This document shows positions 1 through 11,639 of a stretch of 64,000 bases of DNA, in pieces (the stretch's first letter is position 1; every line of letters starts with the position of its first letter). Below the pieces are notes generated by a model. It worked only from the letters and a program-made list of their open reading frames with translations, did no database searches and was not told the origin of the DNA. Where the stretch lies: positions 1,568,001 to 1,632,000 of the forward strand of contig CP000071.1 in the NCBI GenBank assembly GCA_000002445.1, in the 5' to 3' direction. The stretch comes from Trypanosoma brucei. Its lineage: Eukaryota. The translations under genes and the position numbers were made by a program.

Positions 1-1225
1 AGAATGTGGCATCATAGAACAGCGGTAGCAGGAGCTAAGTAGTGTTGCGCATGTGTGACACTTGCAAAGGTGATAGTAAAGGTCGCTGTTGGTGCTTTAA
101 AAGAAGTTAAAGGGTAAAAAGTGCTCCGTAGCGCACGTACGGATACGATGGTGTTTACGGATTAAATGTAATGTGTGTAGATCTGGGTGTGTGTTTGGTT
201 TGCCAACTGTAATGTGTTCCAAATTGACGGCGAATTAGTCGGCTACCTGCTTTTGCTACGAATGTGTTCGCATTGCTCTTCTCTTCATTTTTCTAGTGGA
301 ATGCTTTCGTTCCTTTACGTTTTTGATTTTTACTTTTTTTCTTTTCTTGGACACGCACACGTCCTCCCGTTTCTCTCTCTTTGGTTTAGTTTCCTCTGTT
401 TATATGCTTTACTTCAGCCTTCACCGGTGTTTACTGATGTTTCATTTCGACCTCTTCGAGGCGAGGGGTTAGAATGGCTGGGGGAATATGTGACGTTCGT
501 TTGTTCATATAAATAAAAACATGCGTCCGTATGCGTGTTTATGTCGTTGAATACTATTGTGGGTGGCGGTAAAGGTTTCGCATAAAGGGAGATGGGCAGG
601 TGAGGGGTGGATGTTTAATGTGAGTGTTGTCGGCTGATGGGAAGACTGAAAAGTGAAGAAAAATAGAATGAATGAACTAAACCAAAGACGCAATCTTTTC
701 TGCCTTCACATTTGTGAAGAGTGTAGTGGTTGGCTGTGTACAGTCATGTGGCCGGTGTTGAATTTGCACCAACCAATGGAACGAAAGGGGAAAAAAGGCA
801 TTACCATCGGCCGCCGCCCCCGGTTCGTAATCCGTTGCAGTAATGAAGGAGGGGGATAAGAGAGGCCGCTATTGTTGCTTTTTGATGTTGCTGTTAACTC
901 AATTAGCTCTTCGCTCAAGCGTTACTTGTTTGTCTGCTTGCTCCTTTCTTGTTTTGTCCATCACTGATGTTTGGTGTACAAACATTTGGTTTAGTTAAGC
1001 TTAGGGGAGGCAACCACTGGGCAGGTAGCTCAAAGGAATAAATAAGTGGGACAAGGGTGAATAAGGTCCACGTAACGAGGGAAACAAGGAAGGAGTGGTA
1101 AGGTTTAAACTCGAATTGAACGGGTATCCATACAAAAAAAATACGGAAAAGGGGAAAATTTGACGCACTAACCGTAGCTTTAGTGGGGAAGAAGAGGGAG
1201 GAAAGGCGAGAGAAGAAAAAGAAAA

Positions 1226-2821
1226 ATGACCGTTATTGTTGCTGGGATAGTCAACAAACAGGGGGGCATTGTCCTCTCGCGGCACTTCAACGACATCACT
1301 CGCGTTCGTGTTGAGGGCCTTCTTTCCGCCTTCCCTCGGTTGATGGAGGCATCGACTAACAAGCAAGTGACGTACGTCGACGCGGGTGCAGTCCGTTACG
1401 TCTACCAGCCACTGGATGATTTATTTCTTGTGCTTATAACCACGCGCAGCAGCAACATTGTGGAGGACCTCGACACGCTGCATCTCATGGGTCGCCTTAT
1501 TACGGAGCACGTCGGAACAGTGAGCGAGGTGTTTTTGCAGGAGAAGGCTTTCAAGGTGTTCTTTGCTTTGGACGAAGTGATCGTTGGAGGCCGGCGTGAA
1601 AACACAACCACGGAGCAGATACAAACCTACCTGGAGATGCAGTCACACGAAGAAATGATGGTCCGAGAAGAGAAGCGGTTGCAAATGGAACGTGCGAAGA
1701 AGGACGCATCGCGTAAAGCGCACGAACTACGCGACAAACGTCAACGCGGACTGAACCCGTACACCGGTATCGGCTCAGACAGCGTAGGTTATGGCAGTGG
1801 GGGAGCAGCAGTGAGTGTAAGCCGACCCGCGGCTGAGGCAAGCAGTCGGATAGATACTATGGATGAATTGGGTCCCACTCGAATAGCTGGGATGGCGAGC
1901 GGAAGTGCTGACTCTTTGTCCGGCCGAAAGGTTGGCCGCGGCGGTGGTTTGGCGCTTGGAGTTGCGAGAAAAGCCGATATCACTTCACGTGTGCTGCAAG
2001 AAGCCGGATTACCGGTGGGTGCGGTTGCAACCAAGCTGCCGGTAGGGGATGCAGGGGCTGCAGCAAAGGCACCGGAGTTTGATGGCCCAATCGAGGGTAT
2101 TCACGTTGTCGTGGAGGAGAAAATTAGTGCTACCCTCGATCGTGATGGCGCAAGCGGTCCCGTCGATGTGCGCGGCGAGCTTTCCGTACTTGTCAACGAC
2201 CCGCACCTGGCAAACGTGAAGTTGATGCTTTCTCCAACAAGCGACGAGTTCTCATTCCGTGCTCACGCTAAGGTGCACAAGGAAATATTCGCAGAAGACC
2301 GTGTCTTAGCGATGCGGGAAAACAAACCGTTCCCTGTCCACCAGCCCGTCACAATCTTACGCTGGCGACTCAACAACTCTTCCGGTGTTCAGCCCCCTCT
2401 TACGTTTTCTTGCTGGCCCAACGCTGGGAGCATTACAGTTGAGTATGAAATATCCAATGCGGATTTGGTTGAACAGGGATTATGCGACGTGCGCGTGACG
2501 CTTCCTCTACGTGGTGCGGTCGCTGCTACGGTGGAGTCGACGACTGGTTCGTGTAGCACTCAGGAGGACTGTGTGGTGTGGCAGATCCCCCAAGTGAGCA
2601 ACCATGTGAATGCAAGCGGAAACTGTGAGGTGGTACTCGCCGATCCCGATTGCGCTGCATCCGGCGCCGACGAAGTGTTTTTTCCGGTTGATGTTACCTT
2701 CAAAACGCGAGCAACCGCTGCACACGTGCGTGTGCTGGAGGTCGTGCAGACGGAGAACGGAGTACCGGTGAAATTCACTCAAGAGACGCAACTCACTGCG
2801 GAAGGATACAACGTACAGTAA
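1226..2821 (+). CDS. coatomer delta subunit (delta-COP)
   Basis: 531-aa ORF. The N-terminus MTVIVAGIVNKQGGIVLSRHF...RVEGLLSAFPRLM...VRYVYQPLDDLFLVLITT...FALDEVI...LEMQSHEE aligns almost motif-for-motif with the ARCN1/Ret2 longin-like N-terminus. The C-terminal half has the length expected for a mu-homology domain. Confidence 0.9.
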   Translation: MTVIVAGIVNKQGGIVLSRHFNDITRVRVEGLLSAFPRLMEASTNKQVTYVDAGAVRYVYQPLDDLFLVLITTRSSNIVEDLDTLHLMGRLITEHVGTVSEVFLQEKAFKVFFALDEVIVGGRRENTTTEQIQTYLEMQSHEEMMVREEKRLQMERAKKDASRKAHELRDKRQRGLNPYTGIGSDSVGYGSGGAAVSVSRPAAEASSRIDTMDELGPTRIAGMASGSADSLSGRKVGRGGGLALGVARKADITSRVLQEAGLPVGAVATKLPVGDAGAAAKAPEFDGPIEGIHVVVEEKISATLDRDGASGPVDVRGELSVLVNDPHLANVKLMLSPTSDEFSFRAHAKVHKEIFAEDRVLAMRENKPFPVHQPVTILRWRLNNSSGVQPPLTFSCWPNAGSITVEYEISNADLVEQGLCDVRVTLPLRGAVAATVESTTGSCSTQEDCVVWQIPQVSNHVNASGNCEVVLADPDCAASGADEVFFPVDVTFKTRATAAHVRVLEVVQTENGVPVKFTQETQLTAEGYNVQ

Positions 2822-3667
2822 CGCATTGCACGTCACTATGGATGCGCCTGTGCTGTGCATTTTAGAGAGTAGGAGTCATGGGCTGCAAGGATGGTGGGAG
2901 CGACAGGGGAGACACTGCGAATGGAAGTGTATAATGCTGATGCTTTCCTTGCAGATAGGAAAGAGAGGAAAAATATATACATATATATACTTGTAAGGAA
3001 ACCCGAGGGGTTTGAGGTTCTGTCTCGAGTGAGTGAGACCTGCGGGAAGCGTTGTTTTTAGAATATTGTAAGCGGGAAGGAGACAACTTTTCTCTCCTTA
3101 CTTTCCCTCTTTTTTTTCTCGGGGGGGGGGCTCTTCAGCTTTGTCAACTCTTCCCCATACTTGCTTTCTTTCACCACCTGGAGTAAAACCCTTATTTGTG
3201 TGTGTGTGTGTGTCCTGCTACCTCTATCATTCCTATGCATGGGTGAAAGGTTTCAACGCAGAGGTACTCTCTATTTTTATTGAAGTAAGCGGCGGTTTTG
3301 TTTCGTTGTTGTCACTCTAGTGAATACCTTGGGGTACCTTTCTCTTCTCCCGTGCTGTCCCAGTTATGTGCACCCTTGACGAAACTGCGTTTAAATATGC
3401 AACTTCCACACTACCGGTATTCCAAATATTCGTGTTATATATTTTATTTCTATTCCCTTCATCTTTTTTTTTCGTCTCTTTTCTCTACCCTTTTCATTTG
3501 CAACAATGTGTTGACGCTTATTGGTTCACGTGTCCATACTGTGTGGGAAAGAAGGGTTAAGTGCTCGACTACAGGTCCACATATTGACGTTTGTACGCCA
3601 GTATTCAAAGCCATCAAGCACAGCTTACGCGAAACACAGACACAAGAACCAACCAACAGCAAACAAA

Positions 3668-3823
3668 ATGGGACGTTTCAAGCCACTCGCTATTAAGAAG
3701 AAGTACGCCAAGAAGCTGAAGCAGAACAGGCCAGTGCCGTATTGGATCCGTCTGCGTACCGGCAACCGCATCAAGTGGAATGAGAAGCGCCGCCACTGGC
3801 GCCGCACGAAGCTCCATTATTAA
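3668..3823 (+). CDS. RPL39: 60S ribosomal protein L39
   Basis: 51-aa product [51 protein letters not shown] is the conserved L39e sequence. The track ORF 3521..3823 is the same frame extended upstream, and ATG at 3668 is the biologically sensible start. Confidence 0.93.
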   Translation: MGRFKPLAIKKKYAKKLKQNRPVPYWIRLRTGNRIKWNEKRRHWRRTKLHY

Positions 3824-4271
3824 GTTGGGGTAATGTTAAGCTGTGGGCCAATCCATGAGGTGCGATTCGCGAAGTTTCCAGAGTGCGGAGGAACAGATAA
3901 GATCCAAAAGAAAGTACTCGACGAACTTGTGCGTTCATATACATGGAAAAGTCTCATGCACGCGTTGGACTACCCTTCATGTGTTTTTTCTCTTTTTTAA
4001 TTATTTAATTTTTTATTGTCAGAAGATCGATTGTATGACCGTTGCCTCCATCATTAATTAATCTGACAAAAAGTAAAAATATATATATAAGCCATAAAAA
4101 AAATGCAGTGGAGAGAGGCGCCGACCGCAGCGCGTAACCTCTCTACTTTTCTCTGTCTTGTTTGCGGTCTCGTGAAGGTTTACTCACTGTTGCCGATGAC
4201 ATTTTTCTTTCATGTTGGACATCCTTCCCACTGGAAGGAAAGGACAAGATAAGTGATTACAGAAAATTAAT

Positions 4272-5111
4272 ATGGACGCCACCAATTCGTGCAGGGCGCC
4301 AGTCCCCCCTTCACACGGACTGCAGCACCGCCTTGAGCAGATGCTTCAGAAGCAGGTCGCCACAGAGGAGCGCATTGCACGACAGGGTGAGTTGATACAG
4401 CGCATAACGTACGGTTTCACCGTGTTGCGTGAGTATGCCACGCGCGCGATCACCCACATGAATCTTTCGCTGCATGATTTATTGCTTGTGGAGACATATA
4501 TTGAAATAGAACCGGAAGAGCAACAAACAAAGGCAGTAGTCACAGATGCAAGCAGTGCCGATGGGTCGATGTGCTTCATCTCATGCGAATCCTCTACCCA
4601 ATCACTGGTTGAAGAGGCGAAAGAAGTATACGCTGCGTTTGTACGTAAGCGCGTGTTGGATGAGACCTGCCCCGAGCCGGACGCGGCCACGCAGTTCCAT
4701 TCGCTCACTGCAGCATCCTTTTATCTTCTTTTCCCTCATCTTACCGTTATGCTGGAGGAATTTGTCGGCGCCTTCGCCAGCGCCACTTCCCCGAAAAGCT
4801 CCACCGCAAGTGGGACTGCAATGACGCCGGATTGGTGGGCTTCGCTGGGCCGCGTGATCCGTTTCATTGAGCTTGGCGTAAAGCACTTTCCCGAGGTGTT
4901 TGCGGGGAATGAACTTTTATCCCGCCTGCAGGTTTCCATCTCCGCGGTTGTGGAAAAAAATATTGGGCACGGTGAACAGAGCGGCATTGGTGCCGCTTTG
5001 TGCCTTTCTCAACGGGTTACCGCACTACATGAGAAGATGCAGCACTTGAACGTGAGTGACACCGGAAGCGACCACAGCGACGGCTGTTGTAGTTTTTCAC
5101 ATGATTTATGA
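4272..5111 (+). CDS. hypothetical protein (279 aa)
   Basis: Long ORF on the cluster strand with trypanosomatid-like codon usage. I recognise no domain. Confidence 0.5.
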   Translation: MDATNSCRAPVPPSHGLQHRLEQMLQKQVATEERIARQGELIQRITYGFTVLREYATRAITHMNLSLHDLLLVETYIEIEPEEQQTKAVVTDASSADGSMCFISCESSTQSLVEEAKEVYAAFVRKRVLDETCPEPDAATQFHSLTAASFYLLFPHLTVMLEEFVGAFASATSPKSSTASGTAMTPDWWASLGRVIRFIELGVKHFPEVFAGNELLSRLQVSISAVVEKNIGHGEQSGIGAALCLSQRVTALHEKMQHLNVSDTGSDHSDGCCSFSHDL

Positions 5112-5770
5112 ACGGTGCTTAAACGCGTGCAAATCCCTCCTCCCTTCTGCATACCCACACACAAATGTCCTTTTTATTATTTTTACTGGCATGCTTATTT
5201 ATGTGATAGTCATCACTATTTTTTTTTTATTGCTGCAGTGGTTTCGTTGATTGCAGATCAAGCAAATAGTTCTTTGCTCCTATTGGTGACCGGTCGAATG
5301 CGTGTCTCCATTGTGAAGGAAAAAAGGAGAGAGGGTAGCTAGTCAAAATCAGAGTCTGCCAGAGAAGTTTAGTTTAATATATTACACCTTATAATATACC
5401 ATTGCTTTTTCTTTCATCTTTCGGCGGTTAGTCGTCTGGACTTCTCGTCGATGCCGTGTTTTTCCCCCCTTCTTCCTTGCTGGTCGCTCGCATCAAGTAA
5501 TACTAACAGATCTCAACGAATTGTTTTGTTGATTGGCTTGAATATATATATATATATATATATATTATCCGCTTTGTTTTTGTTTTTCGGTATTTCCTTC
5601 TGTTGTTGAGGATGTGACATGCGGTGTGAGCGGTTGCGATTACGGTGAACGAATTGCTTCATCTTTTCTTCTGCCTCTCTTGTTTCTTTTCTTTTTTTCT
5701 TTACATTTTTGGTATCAACGCATTTGAGTGGAGTGTGTTCACTGCCACGCCTTCAGTTGCGGTGGGAAAG

Positions 5771-6544
5771 ATGTTACGGTGCGCACGCGTGGCGCTGCGA
5801 GCTGACCCACTGAATGGCGGCAGTTCCATGACGTTGGGCTCGAAAGGAAGTAAACTATCGCCTGAACCCCATAGGAGACGTATGCCATGGACTGCAGCGA
5901 AGGAATACGTACCGGGTGTTGTTCTCAATGCACGGGATAAGATGGTGCTTGATGGCGTACAACTCCTTGATATTGAAAGTATTGACCGAGCCTCGCAATT
6001 AGATCCGCTGGAAGTGCTTCGCGCCGTCGTAGCCACACGTGAGTACAACATCTCCACGGGGAAGAATATTTTCCAACTAGCTTCGCAGGCGACTTACAAT
6101 GGGCGCGGCCAGCGGTTTTATCGAAAGGAGTGGCAGGAAGGCACATACGACAAGTACGTAACTCTTTCAGCCATAGACTTTGACCGTGACGGGAATAAAG
6201 GGACAGCATATGGTTACATAACGTTCCATGGTGAAACAACAACGCGACCGGTACAAGTTGATTTCGCGGATGTACCCGGGTGGTACATGGATTTCGTGGA
6301 AGAGCGGGCAGTTCCCTTCACTGGCATTGTCCCGCCACCACCGAGTATTGGAACGGATGTGCCCGTTGATCCACATAGTTATCGTCTCAAGGCGTATCCT
6401 TACTATGACGCACCGAACCCGCCCGAATTCGTGGAGCGACTGCTGAAGGATCGTGGTGTATTGCCCGACACCCCAACTGAAACGGCTGATGTTGATAAAG
6501 ATCCCACCACTAGCGATGGGTCGGTGCATTATGATGGAAAGTAG
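5771..6544 (+). CDS. hypothetical protein, possibly mitochondrial
   Basis: ORF 5645..6544. The first 42 codons are pyrimidine-rich and UTR-like. The internal Met at 5771 begins MLRCARVALRADPL, an Arg-rich amphipathic presequence-like N-terminus. The rest has even composition with no recognised domain. Confidence 0.5.
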   Translation: MLRCARVALRADPLNGGSSMTLGSKGSKLSPEPHRRRMPWTAAKEYVPGVVLNARDKMVLDGVQLLDIESIDRASQLDPLEVLRAVVATREYNISTGKNIFQLASQATYNGRGQRFYRKEWQEGTYDKYVTLSAIDFDRDGNKGTAYGYITFHGETTTRPVQVDFADVPGWYMDFVEERAVPFTGIVPPPPSIGTDVPVDPHSYRLKAYPYYDAPNPPEFVERLLKDRGVLPDTPTETADVDKDPTTSDGSVHYDGK

Positions 6545-7346
6545 TTATTCGGATCTAAGTGTGCTCCCCTTCTTCCCAGCATTTCCTCATCGGCTTTTCA
6601 CACTTCACTGCTATCATCATTTACTCATTGGATGGGTTTACTCACGTAATGGTGGATACCTCTCGATGTTTTTTTTTTCCTGGTTATGAAGTGTACGCTG
6701 CTGCGAGTGGTATCCTCGGTGTCCGCTTTGTGTCTTCTGCGGACCCTCCTTTTGTTTGTTTGCATGCAGAATATAGTGTGGGCGGCAACCGTTTCGTTTA
6801 GTCGAAAGGAAGCGGAGTGCTGGGGCAGAAGCGGTCGTGTACTGTGGTATATGATGAAACATGTTTACTTAACGAGTTTTCTTGACTGTAAGTTAACCAA
6901 CAGGAGACGCAACTCGTGGGGAAAAGAGAGAAGGAAATCCTTAAAAGATGGCGCCGTCGACGGGGAGGTAAGTTGGCGGAGGGTCTAACCGTGGAAGCAG
7001 AGTTTGCTTTGGGGTAAACGGTGAAGGAATGTTAACAAAGTCGGGTGGGCGTTTGCTTCAGGCGTTTGATCGATGAGGTCCTTTTGTTTGCTTTCTGTTG
7101 ACTGATCTTTGTTGCGTTACCTGTATTTCTGTTGTGTAGGCGTGACACTATATTTCACTATTAGAGCGTTTTCCAGAAAGCACGGCAAAATCTTTCTGGT
7201 CCATAACTGTCCGATATATTTGGCTGGTTATTCCTTTATGCTATCCTTCTCCCTTCCCTCCTTAAATTAGGTTAGTTATAGTGCGACTTGTTCAGGTCGG
7301 TTTTGCTTGACTGTATTGCCACTGGAAGTGGCAAAAAGAAAAAATT

Positions 7347-9200
7347 ATGTTCCTTTATCTTATCATCGATGGAGACTACCTTCTCTCCGGAATGGAGCCC
7401 ACGTCGGAGGCCGCCGTGTACGAGGTTGTGGAAAAGATAAACGATGTCATCCGCACTCGCTTTTTGCTCGACGCCGATTCCTGTGGGATGTCGTCAACTG
7501 AAAAACGTGTGATTTTCTTCTCTTCAACCATCATGAAGGTGCTGCAGCGGAGACAGCAGCGTGACTTGCTCATAGGTACACTTCGTCGGCTCCGCTTTCA
7601 AACACTTGTACTGGATTGCATCGCCAGTCGTACTGGTTCACCGGTCGACGCCGCGATGTGCACGAAAACAATGGCATTTTTTTCGAATATTGCAGGAACC
7701 ACTAGTTTGGGTTCCGCATTGTCTGCATCCTCAGCAAATACAACATATGTGTACATGACAGCCAATGCGCACATTGCACCAGCGCTGGAGTGGGTTCACA
7801 ATGCAGGTTGTGGCGTCTGCTTCATTGTATATGAGGGTGACTCTGTGGCTGACGAACTAATGGCCTATGCAGGCCCAATTCACGGTAACAGTGGTGGCAT
7901 AGGAAAGGTTGTAAAGGGAAATGGTGTTCACTTTGTCACCAGCACCGAAGCGGCACGCGCTGCACTGGCGCTCTTAGAACAGGAGGCAAAGGAGCTTCCC
8001 CTTGTAGTGCAGTTGCAACTTCGCAAACTGCAAAAGCAGATGGCGGGGGAGGATGACGGCGACATCGGTGAGCAAGGTAGCGCCCACTGCGGGAAAAGCT
8101 GCTTCACCGAAGCACGTGAAAACAGCAGTAGCACCCCTGCTCATATAATGCCACCTCCAATCGAGGGTATTGAGAGCCCGTTTGTGGGGGCCGAAAAGGG
8201 TGGAAGCAGAAGGGAGAGTGGTGGCGAAAGCGAAAAAACTTCTCGTGTGGAAGCCTCTTGTCAGGTAGCAACCAAGGAGCGCGCTGAAATGAAGGCATCT
8301 TTCCCTGCCAGCGAGGTGGAAAACTCACCCAGCACCTCTACGCTCGTACGAGAAACTTCGGTGCCCGCGGTGCCGTCCCAAGCTGCTGCTCCAACTGAGG
8401 TGGATACCCTCGAATTTCCTGAACCTGCCGTATCTACACGCCTTCCGGCCGGTTGGGCACTGATGTATGACCGGCAGCGCCGGCGGCATTATTTTGTTCA
8501 AACGCAGAGTAATGGTAAGGTCACGACAACGTGGACGCACCCGGGAGGTATCGCCGAGCAGATGGACTTGGAACGGCAGGTGGATGAGTGGTACGCGAAG
8601 CAGCAGTTGCGTAAGCTTCAGGGCAGAGATATCCCCCTGCCCGTGACGGACGTTCCCACCTCCAGCATTAGTGCTGTTGCCACCGGTAATATGGGTATGC
8701 CCATGCCCGTTTCCCCGGCGCCGCCAGCAGTTTCTGTTCTGCCACCACCATGGGAAGAACATGTGGATCCCAAGAGCAGGCGTGTGTTTTACGTCAACCA
8801 TCAAACACGCGAAACAACATGGGTGCGCCCTCAATGCGTCATGTCCCAACAGCACCAACCCCTGGTACCTTCTCCAGTCACTGTGACTCCGGTTGTTCAA
8901 CCACAGGCGCCAGCAGCAGCAGCGTTGCCGCCATTCTGGGAGGAGCGTGTTGACACGAAGAGCGGACGTGTGTTCTATGTTAATCATCAAACACGCGAAA
9001 CAACTTGGTCGCGTCCACAGGTGGGTCTGCCTCAGCAGGGTCAGCCGATACCTGCTAGTCAAACTAACGTGCCAGTAGTTGCCCCTCCACTTGCAACATC
9101 GGCTCTACCACCCTTCTGGGAAGAACATGTGGATCCCAAGAGCGGGCGTGTGTTTTACGTCAATCATCAAACACGTGAGACAACTTGGACACGTCCTTGA
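7347..9200 (+). CDS. WW-domain protein: four WW domains and a possible N-terminal PIN-like domain
   Basis: 617-aa ORF. WW signature LPxGW...YYxNHxTxxTxW..P occurs four times: once near aa 367 and three near-identical tandem copies in the C-terminus. The N-terminus has LIIDGDYLL and a later YEGDSVADEL motif, which resemble the acidic motifs of PIN/NYN/5-prime-nuclease folds; this part is inference. The true start may instead be the Met at 7392. Confidence 0.7.
   Translation: MFLYLIIDGDYLLSGMEPTSEAAVYEVVEKINDVIRTRFLLDADSCGMSSTEKRVIFFSSTIMKVLQRRQQRDLLIGTLRRLRFQTLVLDCIASRTGSPVDAAMCTKTMAFFSNIAGTTSLGSALSASSANTTYVYMTANAHIAPALEWVHNAGCGVCFIVYEGDSVADELMAYAGPIHGNSGGIGKVVKGNGVHFVTSTEAARAALALLEQEAKELPLVVQLQLRKLQKQMAGEDDGDIGEQGSAHCGKSCFTEARENSSSTPAHIMPPPIEGIESPFVGAEKGGSRRESGGESEKTSRVEASCQVATKERAEMKASFPASEVENSPSTSTLVRETSVPAVPSQAAAPTEVDTLEFPEPAVSTRLPAGWALMYDRQRRRHYFVQTQSNGKVTTTWTHPGGIAEQMDLERQVDEWYAKQQLRKLQGRDIPLPVTDVPTSSISAVATGNMGMPMPVSPAPPAVSVLPPPWEEHVDPKSRRVFYVNHQTRETTWVRPQCVMSQQHQPLVPSPVTVTPVVQPQAPAAAALPPFWEERVDTKSGRVFYVNHQTRETTWSRPQVGLPQQGQPIPASQTNVPVVAPPLATSALPPFWEEHVDPKSGRVFYVNHQTRETTWTRP
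8737..9197 (+). repeat. three near-identical ~180-bp tandem repeats, each encoding one WW domain
   Basis: The sequence encoding LPPPWEEHVDPKSRRVFYVNHQTRETTW recurs at about 8740, 8920 and 9100 with only a few substitutions. Confidence 0.85.
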
Positions 9201-9950
9201 AGAATTCGCGACAGAGTGACATATATCTGTAAAAGATGCCTGTACGATGTGAGAGCAAAATGCGTAGGAGTGGCGGCTGCGTGGCGCGCCACCACGCGCA
9301 GAGTTCGTCGTATGTCAAAACTGATTTTCTCAAACCTCGCGTGCGTTCGTTCTTTTCCGCATATGCCGATGTGAGCAAAAAGGTGGGCCTGCGGCCCCTA
9401 CAGAATTTCTTTTCAGCAGTTACTCATCTGCTGGCTTCCCTTTACTTCACGCTTCTCTCCTTCTCTTTGTTGCTACCGCTGGGGTTTTGGTTTGGCACCA
9501 AAGGTTGTGGTCGGCGGCGCTTTGGTTCGGTTTGAAGACAGGTGAATTGAGTAATAGTAACCACTCCTCCTATGATGCGGAGGGAAATGGTTGAGTGTTG
9601 CGTCACTGTTCCAGTTTCATGAACACGACCGCAGTAAGTGCAATTTTTTTTCTCCACTCTGCCCTCTTTCGCTCTATATTTTCAGCACAACATCTTGTAA
9701 TTTGAAAAGGCAAAGGCACACAATTTGTTAAGTTGATAATAAGGACGCCAGGAAACCAACGAAAAGGAGGCGACCAAAAGGGTAAAAAGGGTTTTTTTTT
9801 AAAAAAAAAGAAAACAACAAAACAGAGGGAATATACGCGCAGTGTGTAGCTTGAAACAGAGAAGGTGGTTGAAAACTCTGAATATATTTGTGTGTGTGAG
9901 GTTTCACAACGTTTTCTTTTTGAGTATCCGCTTCAGTATCTCACACCTTC

Positions 9951-11639
9951 ATGACCGCTGTTGGGGGCCACGAGGCCGAAGTACTGAGGCTTGAGCCCGC
10001 AGCTGATGCTGAAAATGCCGCGGCGGAGGTTGCTTGTAGCGCAGCAGCGAGATGTACCTCTACACCTGAGACGGAAAGCAAACATCTCACACCCGAGACC
10101 TTAGACAGTGCACCGAGCACCGCTTACGGAAGTGTTGGTTTCAAGGGGAATATGAAAATGGCCTTGACGCTACCCGGAGGTCCCCCCGTATCGAGAGGTC
10201 GCCGCGGTTCGGCTCTTTCATGCCGTGGCAGGAGGTCCCAGTCGTCGAAGTCACCCCGCTCCACGACGGGAAGCCAAGCGGCTTCTGTCAAAGGTGGAAA
10301 CTGGCTACTGGGAACGCAACCACGTGTGGTAGGTTTGGGCACAACGGGGCTCTTTGAAAACGAAAAGAAGGAAGCGGATGTGCCAGAGGGTGCGAGTGCG
10401 ATGATTAACGGGCAGTTGATTGTGGCACCGCCATGTTGTATCCGGCGGCTTCGGGACCTCGCTATGTGGCGTGACCGGCATCGGGACTTTATTGCCGCCT
10501 TCCGCGCGCAGGACCCTCTCGAGCGTGTTAGTACCCACCGCCGGCAGCAGCGGCTGTTTGAAGAAAGGCACCGCCAGCAGGAAAAGGAGTACGCCGATGA
10601 GGTTGGCCGCATAAGACAGCGCGGAAAGTGGTTAAACAAGATGTCACAACCGGCCGATGCGGAAAGGCAGCAGTGGCTCAAATCCCGGCGTGAGGCGTTG
10701 CAGGCGGGTCGTGAAGAAGTAGTGCTGAACAACATGAAGAAGGGCGCGGAAATCCGAGAGAATATTGCAAAGCAGCTGGTGGTGGTTAAGCAGGTGAAGC
10801 AACGACGAGAACTAACGGCGCGGAGTGCCGCGCGCCAGGAGCGTGACCTTCAAGGTGCCAGGAAGGAGGAGATCCTCTCTAGCATTTTGGAGCGAACGAA
10901 GGTTGCGCGCAACGACCGAGATACGTGGCGTGAGTTTATCCAAGAGTTTAAGAATGAAGAAGATAAAATTAGACGGCAGTACCTAGACCAGTTGCGTTGC
11001 CGTGTCTTAACGAAAAGCCCCAGCGACTACCGTGACAACGATGGGGGCTTTACACCGATGATCAGACCCCCTAGCGCCCCAACAGGCGACAGCGACAAAC
11101 AGCAGTTTGACGGCACCCAGCGCTCTATTGCAACTGCACGCCAGAGTACCAATGACGGGGTGTTTCGTCGTCAGTTTCTCGCGGAATTGCAGCAACAACG
11201 ACTTGAGGGAGCCCGTGCAGCTGCGGACGTGGTTCGCGGTGAGCGCAGCAAAGCTAGACGCGATGAGGCGCTTCGCGGCAATTGCGACCGTGCGGAGAAC
11301 CTTCGAGGGGAAAAGGGTATGCTACAGGAACGGAAGCAGCAATTGGATAAAGAGAGGTGGCAGGCCTATACCTTGTTGAGGGAGGAGCATGCACTTGAGA
11401 AGAAGCAAAAGGAAGAGGCGGTTCAGCGGATGTTGGACGAGAAGCGAGAAAGCGCCGCGGCTATTAGAATGGCCAGTCAGTGGAAGGAAGCAGAGCATCG
11501 ATTACACGAGCAGGAATTGCGGCAGAAATTGAGGGAGCGTGCCGCGTATGCACGAAGTTGCTCCTCCCGCGGGCAGACGCCGTCTTCAGTGAAGAGAACT
11601 CAGCAACATAATTGGCAGGTGCCGGCAATAGTGTCCTAA
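9951..11639 (+). CDS. hypothetical charged coiled-coil protein (562 aa)
   Basis: Long ORF on the cluster strand. The C-terminal two thirds are R/E/Q/K-rich, for example RRQQRLFEERHRQQEKEYADE, which is typical of coiled coil. No recognised catalytic domain. Confidence 0.55.
   Translation: MTAVGGHEAEVLRLEPAADAENAAAEVACSAAARCTSTPETESKHLTPETLDSAPSTAYGSVGFKGNMKMALTLPGGPPVSRGRRGSALSCRGRRSQSSKSPRSTTGSQAASVKGGNWLLGTQPRVVGLGTTGLFENEKKEADVPEGASAMINGQLIVAPPCCIRRLRDLAMWRDRHRDFIAAFRAQDPLERVSTHRRQQRLFEERHRQQEKEYADEVGRIRQRGKWLNKMSQPADAERQQWLKSRREALQAGREEVVLNNMKKGAEIRENIAKQLVVVKQVKQRRELTARSAARQERDLQGARKEEILSSILERTKVARNDRDTWREFIQEFKNEEDKIRRQYLDQLRCRVLTKSPSDYRDNDGGFTPMIRPPSAPTGDSDKQQFDGTQRSIATARQSTNDGVFRRQFLAELQQQRLEGARAAADVVRGERSKARRDEALRGNCDRAENLRGEKGMLQERKQQLDKERWQAYTLLREEHALEKKQKEEAVQRMLDEKRESAAAIRMASQWKEAEHRLHEQELRQKLRERAAYARSCSSRGQTPSSVKRTQQHNWQVPAIVS

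Noticed and set aside
187-1225. Short ORFs at the window start (187..516, 1001..1366)
   Set aside because: They have pyrimidine-rich, low-complexity composition typical of the intergenic/UTR sequence preceding delta-COP. There is no support for them as coding.
3521-3823. 100-aa ORF containing RPL39
   Set aside because: Only the last 51 codons are L39. The upstream part is the pyrimidine-rich 5-prime region, so the CDS is trimmed to 3668..3823.
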